NCBI GenBank assembly: GCA_036788155.1
Contig: DAIQNY010000002.1
Location: forward strand, 1-43,006
Length of the DNA stretch: 43,006 bases
Direction: 5' to 3'
Source: Actinomycetota bacterium
GTDB taxonomy: Bacteria > Actinomycetota > Thermoleophilia > UBA2241
The notes below the pieces were generated by a model that was not told the origin of the DNA, did no database searches, and was given only the letters and a program-made list of their open reading frames with translations. Below are positions 1-7,368 of the stretch, one piece after another. The stretch's first letter is position 1, and every line of letters begins with the position of its first letter. The position numbers and the translations under genes were made by a program.

Positions 1-55
1 CGAGGAAGGCGTCGCGCTTGGCGTCGTCGTCGGCGAGCAGGGTCTCGCGCTCGGC
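1..55. repeat. 55-bp exact terminal direct repeat, copy 1 (identical to 42952-43006)
   Basis: Read directly: the first 55 nt (cgaggaaggcgtcgcgcttggcg...ctcgcgctcggc) recur as the last 55 nt of the window. Confidence 0.95.
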
Positions 56-268
56 GGGGGTGATCTCGCCGGCGTTCATGGCCTCGTCAAGGGTGACGGC
101 CACGGCTGCCTTGTGGGCGGCTTCCGCTGCCTCGGCGAGCTTGGCCTCGGCGGCGTCGGCGCGGACGGTCTCAGCGGCGTCGTGCTCGGCCAGCTTCTCG
201 ACTTCGGCGAGGATGACGTCCTCGGCGGAGTCCTCGGCCAGGCCCAGCCTGAGTGCTACGGTCTTCAT
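1..268 (-). CDS. Candidate nested in-frame scaffold protein (Mu gpZ-like) initiating inside the protease gene; continues to 42734
   Basis: In-frame ATG at 268 preceded by AAAGGAAG and a 7-nt spacer. The downstream sequence is Ala/Glu/Lys-rich and helical-looking (MKTVALRLGLAEDSAEDVILAEVEKLAEHDAAE...). Confidence 0.45.
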   Translation of the reverse strand, partial: MKTVALRLGLAEDSAEDVILAEVEKLAEHDAAETVRADAAEAKLAEAAEAAHKAAVAVTLDEAMNAGEITPAERETLLADDDAKRDAFL

Positions 269-934
269 GGATTCACTTCCTTTCGTCGCGGCGTCGCCCT
301 CGGCGAGCGTCACGGTCTGCCCTTCGTCCGTCTCACCGGCGGCGACGGCGGGCGAATCGGCGGGGGTGGGCTCGACGGGACTGCCGTCGTCTTCAGTGGC
401 GAGGGAGAACTCCGAAAGCGAGAGCGTCGCCACGACGCGCTGCTTCTCGGCGGCGTTCTGCACGTCCGGCATCAGGCGCAGAACGGGGGTGTTGGTCAGA
501 GTGAGCGAGCGCAGCACGTTGTCGACCGTCTCGCCGGAGTCGTTCAGGACGACGCTGCCGATCTCGACGGAGCCGTACTTGTACTGCTCGCTCGTCAGGA
601 GCTCGGCGCCCAGCGGGGTCCACTTGACGTCGGCCCAGAGCGCGAGGCCGGTCACGTCGCCCTCTTCGTAACTGGCGAGGTAGACGCGCTTCACCCAGCC
701 GGCGGCCGGGGCGGAGGTGTCGTGCTTGCCGGAGCTGTCGACCACCGGCTCGGTGCCGAGCACGCCCGCCTCGAAGTTGGCGATGAGCTCGTTCGCTAGC
801 TCCTCAGTCAGCGGCAGGTTCGGGTACTTGGCGCTGTGCCACTCGCCGACGGGGAACACCATCATGGGCGTCGTATCGCCCGCCTGGATGGCCTCGCCGA
901 GGCGCACGCGGTAGAGGGCCTGCAGGGACGTCAT
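1..934 (-). CDS. Prohead protease/scaffold, Mu gpI-like (N-terminal part; ORF wraps across the circular junction to stop at 42734)
   Basis: ATG at 934 overlaps the portal stop (ATGA). The frame is open to position 1 and continues in phase from 42951 to TGA 42734-42736 (1152 nt, 383 aa). Absent from the ORF track because no stop lies at this end. FPVGEWHSAKYP, GKHD..APAAGWVKRV, LWADVKWTPLGAELL, YKYGSVEI and LTLTNTPVL fit the Mu-like prophage protein I pattern. Confidence 0.8.
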   Translation of the reverse strand, partial: MTSLQALYRVRLGEAIQAGDTTPMMVFPVGEWHSAKYPNLPLTEELANELIANFEAGVLGTEPVVDSSGKHDTSAPAAGWVKRVYLASYEEGDVTGLALWADVKWTPLGAELLTSEQYKYGSVEIGSVVLNDSGETVDNVLRSLTLTNTPVLRLMPDVQNAAEKQRVVATLSLSEFSLATEDDGSPVEPTPADSPAVAAGETDEGQTVTLAEGDAATKGSESMKTVALRLGLAEDSAEDVILAEVEKLAEHDAAETVRADAAEAKLAEAAEAAHKAAVAVTLDEAMNAGEITPAERETLLADDDAKRDAFL

Positions 935-3114
935 GAGGTGGCCTCCTGTCGGATCTCGTAGACGACGATGCAGCGGCACTTGTCGCCGCCCAGACAGTTC
1001 GGATTCGGAGTCCAGCCCGCGGCCTCGGAGAGGTCGGTGGTCTCGCTCCCGTCCATGGGCGCGCAGTTATCACAGAGCGAGCCGTCGAGGATCGCGCTGT
1101 ACACGGCCGTCTCGATGTCCTGCGCCTGCTCGGCGGCCTCAGTAGCGCGGCCCAGGTTCATGAGGTCGGAGGCGACGCCCGCCATGCGCAGCGCCGCAGC
1201 GTCGGACTCGCGGGTCGCGAGCTCGGCCATGCCGGCCGGGTCCATCGGTACGCCACTGCCGGAGCGGAGCACGGCGCCTGCGACGGCGGCCTGCGTCTGC
1301 GCGGCGATGGCGCGGGCTGCCACCTCTGCGGCCTCGTCGACGGCCTCGTCGGGGTCGGGGAGCGGCTGGGCCTTGCGCTTCTTCTCGGCGGCCGCGACGC
1401 GCATCCCGGCCTCGCGGCGCTCGAGCGCCTCCTCTACCACCGGACGGCCTTCGCGCTGGCGCTCGAGCTCGCCTGAGACCTGCTCGCGGCCGGCCTCGAC
1501 GAACCCGGCGAGCACCGGCTTGATGGCGTCGCGCAGGGCGTCGACCATCGGCGGCTGCTGCGCGGCGAACTGCGCAAGCTTCCCGGCCTTCTGGGCGGCG
1601 AGGGCGCGTTCTATGACAATGCCGACGAGCTTGTCTCTCACCCGCTGCGTCGCCATGCGCACGGCCGTCTTGGCGTCGTCGAAGCGGGAGGCGACTTCAG
1701 CCAGCTCGACGAAGCACTCGACGCCGCGAGGTGCCCGCATCTCGGCGAGGTGCAGGTGCTGGCACTCGCAGGCTTGCGCCTCCATGCCATCGTCGTCTGA
1801 GGAGTCGGCGCCGTCTGCATCGTCTGCGCCCGGGCTATCCTGTTTGTTGGCGGCGGGTGCTGGCGGCGCCGGCTTCTCGACGACGACCTGTGCAGTCGTG
1901 CCCTCGGGCATGTTCATCTGCTGGCGCGCCCAGTCCTGCGTCTCCTCGTCCAGCGTGCCGAACGCTGTGTTGAAGGCGACGAGCGCCTGAGCGAAGCGCA
2001 GCATGTCGACGGCCTGCACGTTGCCGAAGCGCAGCTTGGGCAGGCTGTCGTCGGTGGGGAAGTTGTAGGCGACGGCCTGGTGGATGAGGCCGCCGCGGGC
2101 GTTCAGCACGTCCTCGCGGTACATGGCGTGCGCGGTGATCGAGTCGGCGAACAGGTCGGAAAGCGTGGAGCCGAGCGCGCGGCTGCCGTTCTGCGCGTTG
2201 CCGAGGTCGAAAACCTGCGCTTGGCAGACGCTCGTGATTTCGGTGTTCCGCTGCCGGATGGCCTCGAGGATGTCGGCCACGCTGACGGAGCCGGTGAGGA
2301 CCTGGATGTCCTCGACGTCGTCGGAGGAGAAGCGCAGGAACGAGCCGGCCGCGGCGCCGAAGTTGCCGAGCGCCGTATCGATCTTCGCGGCCGTGTCGGA
2401 GTCGGGGGTGCCTTGAGTGCGCGCCATGGGGATGCCGCCCAGCTTGCGCGCCAGCTCCGGGAGCTCTACCTCGAGCTGCTCCTTGATGTACCACGGCTTG
2501 AACATGGCGCGCAGGATGGGGCGGCCGCGGAAGTTGTCGCCTTCCTTGTCGTGGCAGAACCAGACGAGCTTTTCGCCCGGTATCTCGAAGGAGCCGCCGG
2601 TGTCCGGCCGCTGCGTCACCTGCACGATGGCGCCGTGCTGCACTTCGATGTCGTTCGCCTCGATGGACGACGGCGGGCGCAGGGCGAGGCGGAACTTGGC
2701 GAGCCCGTCCTCGAGCCGCCAGATGATCTCGAACGGCGCGAAGCCGTAGTCGAAGGCCAGGCAGGTGTCTTGCAGGAACGCGCGCCAGGGGAACTCGTCG
2801 AGCAGTAGGCGCTTGATGAGGGCCGCCTTCTCGTCGGCGTCCGGGTTGCCAGGCTCGGCAGAGACGATGGAGACGGAGGCGCGCAGCAAGGGCAGGTTCT
2901 GGGCGCGCCTGAGCCCGGCGATGTGCGGGTCGCTGAAGCGCATGCGCTGGTAGACGGTGCCGCCCTGGCGGCCCATGAGCTCGTACTTGTACTCTTGCTC
3001 ACGAAGCCGTGAGGGGCCGCTGCCGACCTGCCACGTGACAGCGTTCGAGCCACGCTCGGAGGTGTCCGGGCGCGGCTTCGTCTCGGCGAGGCGGAGGCGG
3101 TGGAAGATGCTCAC
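931..3114 (-). CDS. Portal protein (Mu gp29/DUF935-like) fused to a MuF-like head morphogenesis domain
   Basis: 727-aa ORF immediately downstream of TerL. The C-terminus CDNCAPMDG...NPNCLGGDKCRC is the Cys motif typical of Mu gpF/SPP1 gp7 domains. GTG start with no clear SD; an in-frame stop lies 27 nt upstream. Confidence 0.8.
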   Translation of the reverse strand: MSIFHRLRLAETKPRPDTSERGSNAVTWQVGSGPSRLREQEYKYELMGRQGGTVYQRMRFSDPHIAGLRRAQNLPLLRASVSIVSAEPGNPDADEKAALIKRLLLDEFPWRAFLQDTCLAFDYGFAPFEIIWRLEDGLAKFRLALRPPSSIEANDIEVQHGAIVQVTQRPDTGGSFEIPGEKLVWFCHDKEGDNFRGRPILRAMFKPWYIKEQLEVELPELARKLGGIPMARTQGTPDSDTAAKIDTALGNFGAAAGSFLRFSSDDVEDIQVLTGSVSVADILEAIRQRNTEITSVCQAQVFDLGNAQNGSRALGSTLSDLFADSITAHAMYREDVLNARGGLIHQAVAYNFPTDDSLPKLRFGNVQAVDMLRFAQALVAFNTAFGTLDEETQDWARQQMNMPEGTTAQVVVEKPAPPAPAANKQDSPGADDADGADSSDDDGMEAQACECQHLHLAEMRAPRGVECFVELAEVASRFDDAKTAVRMATQRVRDKLVGIVIERALAAQKAGKLAQFAAQQPPMVDALRDAIKPVLAGFVEAGREQVSGELERQREGRPVVEEALERREAGMRVAAAEKKRKAQPLPDPDEAVDEAAEVAARAIAAQTQAAVAGAVLRSGSGVPMDPAGMAELATRESDAAALRMAGVASDLMNLGRATEAAEQAQDIETAVYSAILDGSLCDNCAPMDGSETTDLSEAAGWTPNPNCLGGDKCRCIVVYEIRQEATS

Positions 3115-3165
3115 GCTGTCTAGCGTGAGGCACCATGGTGGTCACTCTAACGGCAAGTTCTGAGG

Positions 3166-4656
3166 CTAGAAGGTGCCGGAGCGGCGGCCGGGGACGGTGG
3201 CGACCGCGTTCTCCGACGCCGGTCGGTTCGTCCAGTTCACGCCGAAGTACCGGAGCGCGTCGAGCACGTGCTGATAGGGTGACTCGTGCGACTGGTCGTA
3301 GAGCTCAGGGCGCACCTTGTCGGGCGGCACCGAGGTGAGCGAGGCGACGAGGCAGGGGCAGGCGGTCGAGACGACGAGCGGCAGGTCGGGGTCGGCGATC
3401 AGCTCGAGCAGCCGCATGCAGCCGTCACGGACGCTGCTCGGCTTGCTGACGAAGTGCAGCCCGGCGCGGCGGAAGGCGCTCGCCTCCGACTCGCCCGTCT
3501 GCGCGTTCACGCCGCGGCCTGCCGGGTCGCCGTAGGTGCGCGCCGGCGGCTTCGCGAGGCCGAGCTTGATGTCCGTCTCAAGGATGCCGTCGATGAACGC
3601 TCCCGTCGTCATGCGCGCCGACGGCTCGCGGAAGGCGGGCACCAGCTCGGCGACGACGAACGGCTGCCCGGCCGGTGAGACCTGCACCCAGACGCAGGCG
3701 GGGTGGTGGTAACCGAAGTCGACGGAGCGGTACGTCTGCCAGTCCTTCACCGGCCGGATCTCGCGCACGTGCTGCTCGCGCTTGAAGCGGGAGAAGTAGG
3801 ACCCGGCCGGGGTCACGTCCCAGTTGCCCTCGAGGAGCTGCGCCCGTGTCACGTCGTCAAGCTTCTCGAGGGCCGCAAGGTAGGCGTCTTGGTCGACGTG
3901 CGGGTTCTCACGGAGCTTGGCGGGGATGAAGACGCGCGTCCCGTCCTGCTTGGTCGTGATGAACCGCTGCTTGACCCACTCGTGGCCGACGCCGCCGGGG
4001 TTCGAGGCCGCACGCATGCGAATCGGCACCTCACTGCCGGCGAGGCGGCGGAGGCGGCTGAACAGGTAGGTGTACTGGCTCTCGGTGAACTGCGTGAGCT
4101 CGTCGAAGCCGATGAACTGGAACTCGGCCGACTGGTAGCGGTACTTGCTGTTCTCGCTCTCCAGATAGCCGAACGTCAAAGTCGCGCCGCTCGGGAAGGT
4201 CCAGGCATGCTCGATGCCGTTCCACTTCGCCGCCGTCCCGCGCAGCCACAAGTCTGCCCTGTCCATGAGGGCGCCGGGGAGGGCGAGGTCGGCGAAGGTG
4301 CGGCGCAGGAGGAGCGCGGCGTACCCGGGCACGTCGACGTACTGCAGTGCGGCCATGAGCAGGGCGTCGCTCTTGCCACCGCCGGCGGCGCCGCCGTACA
4401 GGGCTTCGTCGCAGGTGAGGTCGAGGAACTCGCGCTGCTTGGGCGTCGGCTCGTGCGGAGCCCAGCCGCGGCGGGCGTCAGTCCTTCGCTGCCGCTCCGC
4501 CAGTAATGCCCTCAGCCTCTCGGACGATGGCGGCGGCGAGTTCGTCGTCCGACATGGCGGCGATGTCCGGGTACCGATGAGACACCTCCTCGCGGATCGT
4601 GCTCTCGCCTGCCTCCAGGCGCAGCTTGTCGATGAGGATGCCGCAGGTGACGGCAA
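3166..4656 (-). CDS. terL: Terminase large subunit (start codon uncertain)
   Basis: Walker A YGGAAGGGKS, FIGFDELTQF, and a nuclease-half pattern. The conserved-looking N-terminus ERLRALLAERQRR begins near 4515. The nearest in-frame canonical starts are TTG 4656, ATG 4686 and TTG 4707, all deep inside terS. Confidence 0.85.
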   Translation of the reverse strand: MPSPAASSSTSCAWRQARARSARRCLIGTRTSPPCRTTNSPPPSSERLRALLAERQRRTDARRGWAPHEPTPKQREFLDLTCDEALYGGAAGGGKSDALLMAALQYVDVPGYAALLLRRTFADLALPGALMDRADLWLRGTAAKWNGIEHAWTFPSGATLTFGYLESENSKYRYQSAEFQFIGFDELTQFTESQYTYLFSRLRRLAGSEVPIRMRAASNPGGVGHEWVKQRFITTKQDGTRVFIPAKLRENPHVDQDAYLAALEKLDDVTRAQLLEGNWDVTPAGSYFSRFKREQHVREIRPVKDWQTYRSVDFGYHHPACVWVQVSPAGQPFVVAELVPAFREPSARMTTGAFIDGILETDIKLGLAKPPARTYGDPAGRGVNAQTGESEASAFRRAGLHFVSKPSSVRDGCMRLLELIADPDLPLVVSTACPCLVASLTSVPPDKVRPELYDQSHESPYQHVLDALRYFGVNWTNRPASENAVATVPGRRSGTF

Positions 4657-5005
4657 GGTCTTTGCAGACGTTCGCCGGCGGCTCATCCAGCTCGACCTCG
4701 ACGCCAAGCTTCGTGAACGTCTTGAACTTGCCGTCCATGCGGTCGAGCACCGTGAGCGCCCGGTCCAGCAGCTTGACGCGCAGTTGCTCGCGCTTCTCGG
4801 CCTGCGCAGCGATGGAGGCGGCAGTCGCCGCGGCCGTCTGCTGTTCCACGAGCGCCGCCTTGTCGACGCCGGCGGCCTTGCACCAGTTCGACACGGAGCC
4901 GGCCGAGCAGCCGAACTTGCTCGCTGTCTCGAAGACCGGGTGCGTCTTCGCGTACTCGACGACGGCCGCCTTCTCGGCGTCAGTCCAGGTCTTGCGCTTG
5001 CTCAT
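4478..5005 (-). CDS. terS: Terminase small subunit-like DNA-binding protein (N-terminal HTH plus coiled coil; Mu gp27/DUF3486-like by pattern)
   Basis: 175 aa directly upstream of terL. HTH-like RKTWTDAEKAAVVEY...ASKFGCSAGSVSNWCK followed by a long helical region. Confidence 0.55.
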   Translation of the reverse strand: MSKRKTWTDAEKAAVVEYAKTHPVFETASKFGCSAGSVSNWCKAAGVDKAALVEQQTAAATAASIAAQAEKREQLRVKLLDRALTVLDRMDGKFKTFTKLGVEVELDEPPANVCKDLAVTCGILIDKLRLEAGESTIREEVSHRYPDIAAMSDDELAAAIVREAEGITGGAAAKD

Positions 5006-5415
5006 GCCTTCACCTTGGACCGCAGGCGGCTCGGTCTAACGGCAACTTCCCCCAGCTCGAGCACGTAGCCGCGACGAGCCCCGACGATGACGCCGCCGAG
5101 CGACTCCGGGCGGCGGTTCAGGTAGCGCACGACGTCCTGCACCTGACGCGACGTCGCCTTCAGTACGGCGCACAGGTCGACGGCCTCCGGGTAGGCGGCC
5201 ACGACGAGGTGGCGCACGACGGTGTGGACGCGGGGATCGTGCCGCGGGTTGTACCCGGCCGGCACGTGAAAGCCGCAGACCGGCGAGTCGTGGTCGTGAG
5301 CAAGGCGGGCTCCGCAGCCGGGCCACAGGCAAACCGGCGTGCGGGTTGTCGGGCAGGAGCGGCGGCGGGAGGTGGGCTTGGTCGCGGTCTGTGGCTGGCG
5401 GTGCAGGGTGACCAT
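5002..5415 (-). CDS. Hypothetical protein with Cys/His cluster and winged-helix-like C-terminus
   Basis: Internal ATG at 5415 (TGATG overlap with the upstream frame), 137 aa. CLWPGCGARLAHDHDSPVCGFH motif. Confidence 0.55.
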   Translation of the reverse strand: MVTLHRQPQTATKPTSRRRSCPTTRTPVCLWPGCGARLAHDHDSPVCGFHVPAGYNPRHDPRVHTVVRHLVVAAYPEAVDLCAVLKATSRQVQDVVRYLNRRPESLGGVIVGARRGYVLELGEVAVRPSRLRSKVKA

Positions 5416-5549
5416 CAGTCCGGCCGCCCCTTGCGCTGCAGCCAGAACCACGTGTCGGGCCGGCGATCCTGTATGGCCTCCCAGAACTCGGCGACCTCGG
5501 CCGGCGGGGAGGTGGTGACGATGGGCGGGGTGGAGAGGAGGACGGTCAC
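5415..5549 (-). CDS. Possible 44-aa protein (VTVLLSTPP...EFWEAIQDRRPDTWFWLQRKGRPD)
   Basis: GTG 5549 a few nt after the stop of the 66-aa HTH gene. Fills the gap to the next gene. Trp-rich, protein-like C-terminus. Confidence 0.3.
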   Translation of the reverse strand: MTVLLSTPPIVTTSPPAEVAEFWEAIQDRRPDTWFWLQRKGRPD

Positions 5550-5553
5550 CGTC

Positions 5554-5754
5554 CTACCCCTGCGCCGCCTCCATCTCCCGGTGATACCTGTCCCGCACCG
5601 CCTGCGCCAGGTGCAAGGCGATGCGGAACGAGGGATCCTGGTCCGCCGCGGCCTGCACCTCTGAGAGCGAGAGCCCCAGTGCAGTCGCTGCCGTCTCCGT
5701 CCCTGCTCCTTCGCAGATCGAGCCGAGCAGTCGCTGCCGTTGTGAGGTGTCCAC
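5554..5754 (-). CDS. Small HTH DNA-binding protein (packaging- or regulation-associated)
   Basis: 66 aa; ICEGAGTETAATALGLSLSEVQAAADQDPSF looks like a classic HTH. Third-position GC counted by eye is about 82 percent, against about 73 percent for the overlapping long frame, whose translation is Arg-rich junk. Confidence 0.6.
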   Translation of the reverse strand: MDTSQRQRLLGSICEGAGTETAATALGLSLSEVQAAADQDPSFRIALHLAQAVRDRYHREMEAAQG

Positions 5755-5816
5755 GTCCGTAGCCTACCATCCCTGCCAGCGTAGACGGCGTTCGCCAGTC
5801 GCTCTATGACGTCTTT

Positions 5817-5849
5817 TGGCAGCGTTCTGGCAGTCAGTTGGCAGTCAGT
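5817..5849. repeat. Three tandem 11-bp units carrying CTGCCA (minus strand ACTGACTGCCA ACTGACTGCCA GAACGCTGCCA)
   Basis: Read directly. The first two units are identical and the hexamer CTGCCA recurs with 11-bp phasing. Confidence 0.9.
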
Positions 5850-6365
5850 ATTTGACGGCACGAGGCCGAGAGCGTGTGCCCAGGCGTAGCAGGCGTGGAG
5901 GGTGGCGCGGTAGCTGCGGACCGACTTCGGCGCGGCGCCGGCTGCGATCTCGGCCGCCTGCCACTCGGCGACGTCGGCGGGGGAGAGGGCCGCGGCCCTG
6001 CACATGCCCAGACTCGGGACGATGTGCAGGGCCGCGTTCTTGGCGTGGTGACGGATGGTGTTCGGGCGCTTATCGGGAGCCACGCAGTCCCGTTGCCAGC
6101 GGGTGAGCAGGTCGGCGACGGTGCCCGGGTCGGAGGCGGAGACGGGGCCGGACAGCAGGGCCTCGAGCTCGTCCCGGAGCCGATCAAGGTCGGCGTCGGC
6201 GCTCGGGTCTGAGGGTGAGCGCCGTAGCCGTGACCGCCACGGGCCGTAGTAGGTGCGGTGCTCGAGCCTGCCGCCGGAGCGTTCGGCCTCACGGACCCCG
6301 ACGTAGACGGCGGCCCGGTAGCGGGGCTTGCCGCGGACGGTGCGGGATTCGGTGCGGCCGGTCAC
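5850..6365 (-). pseudogene. Tyrosine integrase N-terminal fragment (arm-binding-like plus SAM-like core-binding domain), catalytic domain absent
   Basis: GTG 6365 (GTGA overlap). RYRAAVYVG...RTYYGP, then TVADLLTRWQRD...RPNTIRHH...IVPSLG...LSPADVAEW...KSVRSYRATLHACYAWAHALGLVPSN fits the phage integrase SAM-like domain and ends at the N of the usual NP motif. Downstream translation is Arg-rich junk with no stop until 5415. Confidence 0.6.
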
Positions 6366-6643
6366 TTGGTGCAGAACTTGGCATGGCAGTTGTCCCATGC
6401 GATCTCGCGGTCATCCTGGCTCATGCTCAAGAGATGCTCGAGGCACTCGCGCTCGGCAGTCAGCTGCTCCGTCGTAGCCTCGTGGATGTTCTCCGGCAGG
6501 GCCACGTCGAGACACCAGCGAATGTGTGCGTCCTCCATGTTGCCGTCGTCAACGACGACGTGCGCGTTGCCTGCGACGACACTGAAGGCGTAGACGGCGC
6601 GCATCAGGTCGACAGCCTTGTCTATCGCGGTCAGGTCAGGCAT
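6362..6643 (-). CDS. Hypothetical protein (93 aa)
   Basis: ATG 6643 overlaps the upstream gene end (ATGCCTGA). Acidic, protein-like composition. Confidence 0.55.
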   Translation of the reverse strand: MPDLTAIDKAVDLMRAVYAFSVVAGNAHVVVDDGNMEDAHIRWCLDVALPENIHEATTEQLTAERECLEHLLSMSQDDREIAWDNCHAKFCTK

Positions 6644-7013
6644 TGTGCCGCTCCATGTAGCACGCATCGCAAACCGGACGCGCTCCCTCGTACTCGTGCT
6701 CGTCCAGGAAGCTTTCGGCGACACGCTGGCAGTAGTCGCATTTCTCGACCCCGCACACGGCGCAGGTGAATCGCCGCTCCATGTGCTCGCAGTAGTCGTC
6801 ATCGCCCTCTACCGCTCGCTTGTACTTGGCCACGAGCCGGGCGAGGGCGAGGATGGCCTGACCTCCGCCGGGGACTTCGGACAGCATGTAGTCGGGGTCC
6901 CAGTTGAACAGTTCGGCACGGGCGAGTCTCGACTTCGCCCACGTCTCCACCTCCGCACACTCCACCCCGGCCTCGGCCAGTATCTGTCTCGGGTCATCGC
7001 TCATGCTCTGCAT
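6636..7013 (-). CDS. Hypothetical Cys-rich protein (125 aa)
   Basis: ATG 7013 preceded by GGGAGGG and a 6-nt spacer. CAVCGVEKCDYC...CDAC zinc-ribbon-like motifs. Confidence 0.65.
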   Translation of the reverse strand: MQSMSDDPRQILAEAGVECAEVETWAKSRLARAELFNWDPDYMLSEVPGGGQAILALARLVAKYKRAVEGDDDYCEHMERRFTCAVCGVEKCDYCQRVAESFLDEHEYEGARPVCDACYMERHNA

Positions 7014-7014
7014 G

Positions 7015-7368
7015 CTACACCCTCCCTAGCGGCAACTGGCCTTTGATTGGCTTCCGTGGCTTGCTTGAGATGAACTTGCGCTGGTGACGCGGCCAGTACA
7101 CGCGCACGTACGGTGGTTTGCGCCAGCCAAGATAGCGGTAGCCAATCAGGTCGTTGCCTTCAATGATGTCTCCAAGGCTCCTGGCGATGTTCACCACTTT
7201 GCCGGTGTATGAGGCGAGGTAGGCGCAGTCCACGTCCCCGCCGCGCTGGTCGGCCACGATCCTTCCGCTGTGCCGCCACTCGCCCCGGTGGTCGCGCAGG
7301 TCGTTCACCACGTCGGCGTAGAAGTGCGGGTCAGTAGCGGGGTCGTAGGCTGTGAGGGTGGCGGTCAC
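7015..7368 (-). CDS. Hypothetical protein (117 aa) with strongly basic C-terminus; lower-GC gene
   Basis: GTG 7368 in GTGA overlap with the VRR-NUC stop. Its 3' half (7015-7200) is visibly less GC-rich than its neighbours. Confidence 0.55.
   Translation of the reverse strand: MTATLTAYDPATDPHFYADVVNDLRDHRGEWRHSGRIVADQRGGDVDCAYLASYTGKVVNIARSLGDIIEGNDLIGYRYLGWRKPPYVRVYWPRHQRKFISSKPRKPIKGQLPLGRV

Noticed and set aside
1-55. The 55-bp repeat as a genuine direct terminal repeat of the virion DNA.
   Set aside because: It falls in the middle of an essential gene. Its length equals a common assembler k-mer, so an assembly overlap of a circular or circularly permuted genome is more likely. It is not provable from the sequence alone.
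968-1990. Long plus-strand ORFs opposite the structural genes (for example 18-671, 968-1990, 2080-2808, 28472-29512, 32720-34306, 34910-35953, 36675-37850, 41386-42324).
   Set aside because: Their translations are Ala/Arg/Gly/Ser/Pro-rich low-complexity strings, they lack SD sequences, and they lie antisense to ORFs with recognisable phage families. These are typical shadow ORFs of GC-rich DNA.
5415-6398. The 327-aa track ORF taken as a single integrase-like CDS.
   Set aside because: Only the first roughly 180 aa look like integrase. The middle is Arg-rich nonsense overlapping a better 66-aa HTH gene in another frame, and the end coincides with a separate 44-aa ORF. It is treated as a truncated gene plus chance read-through.
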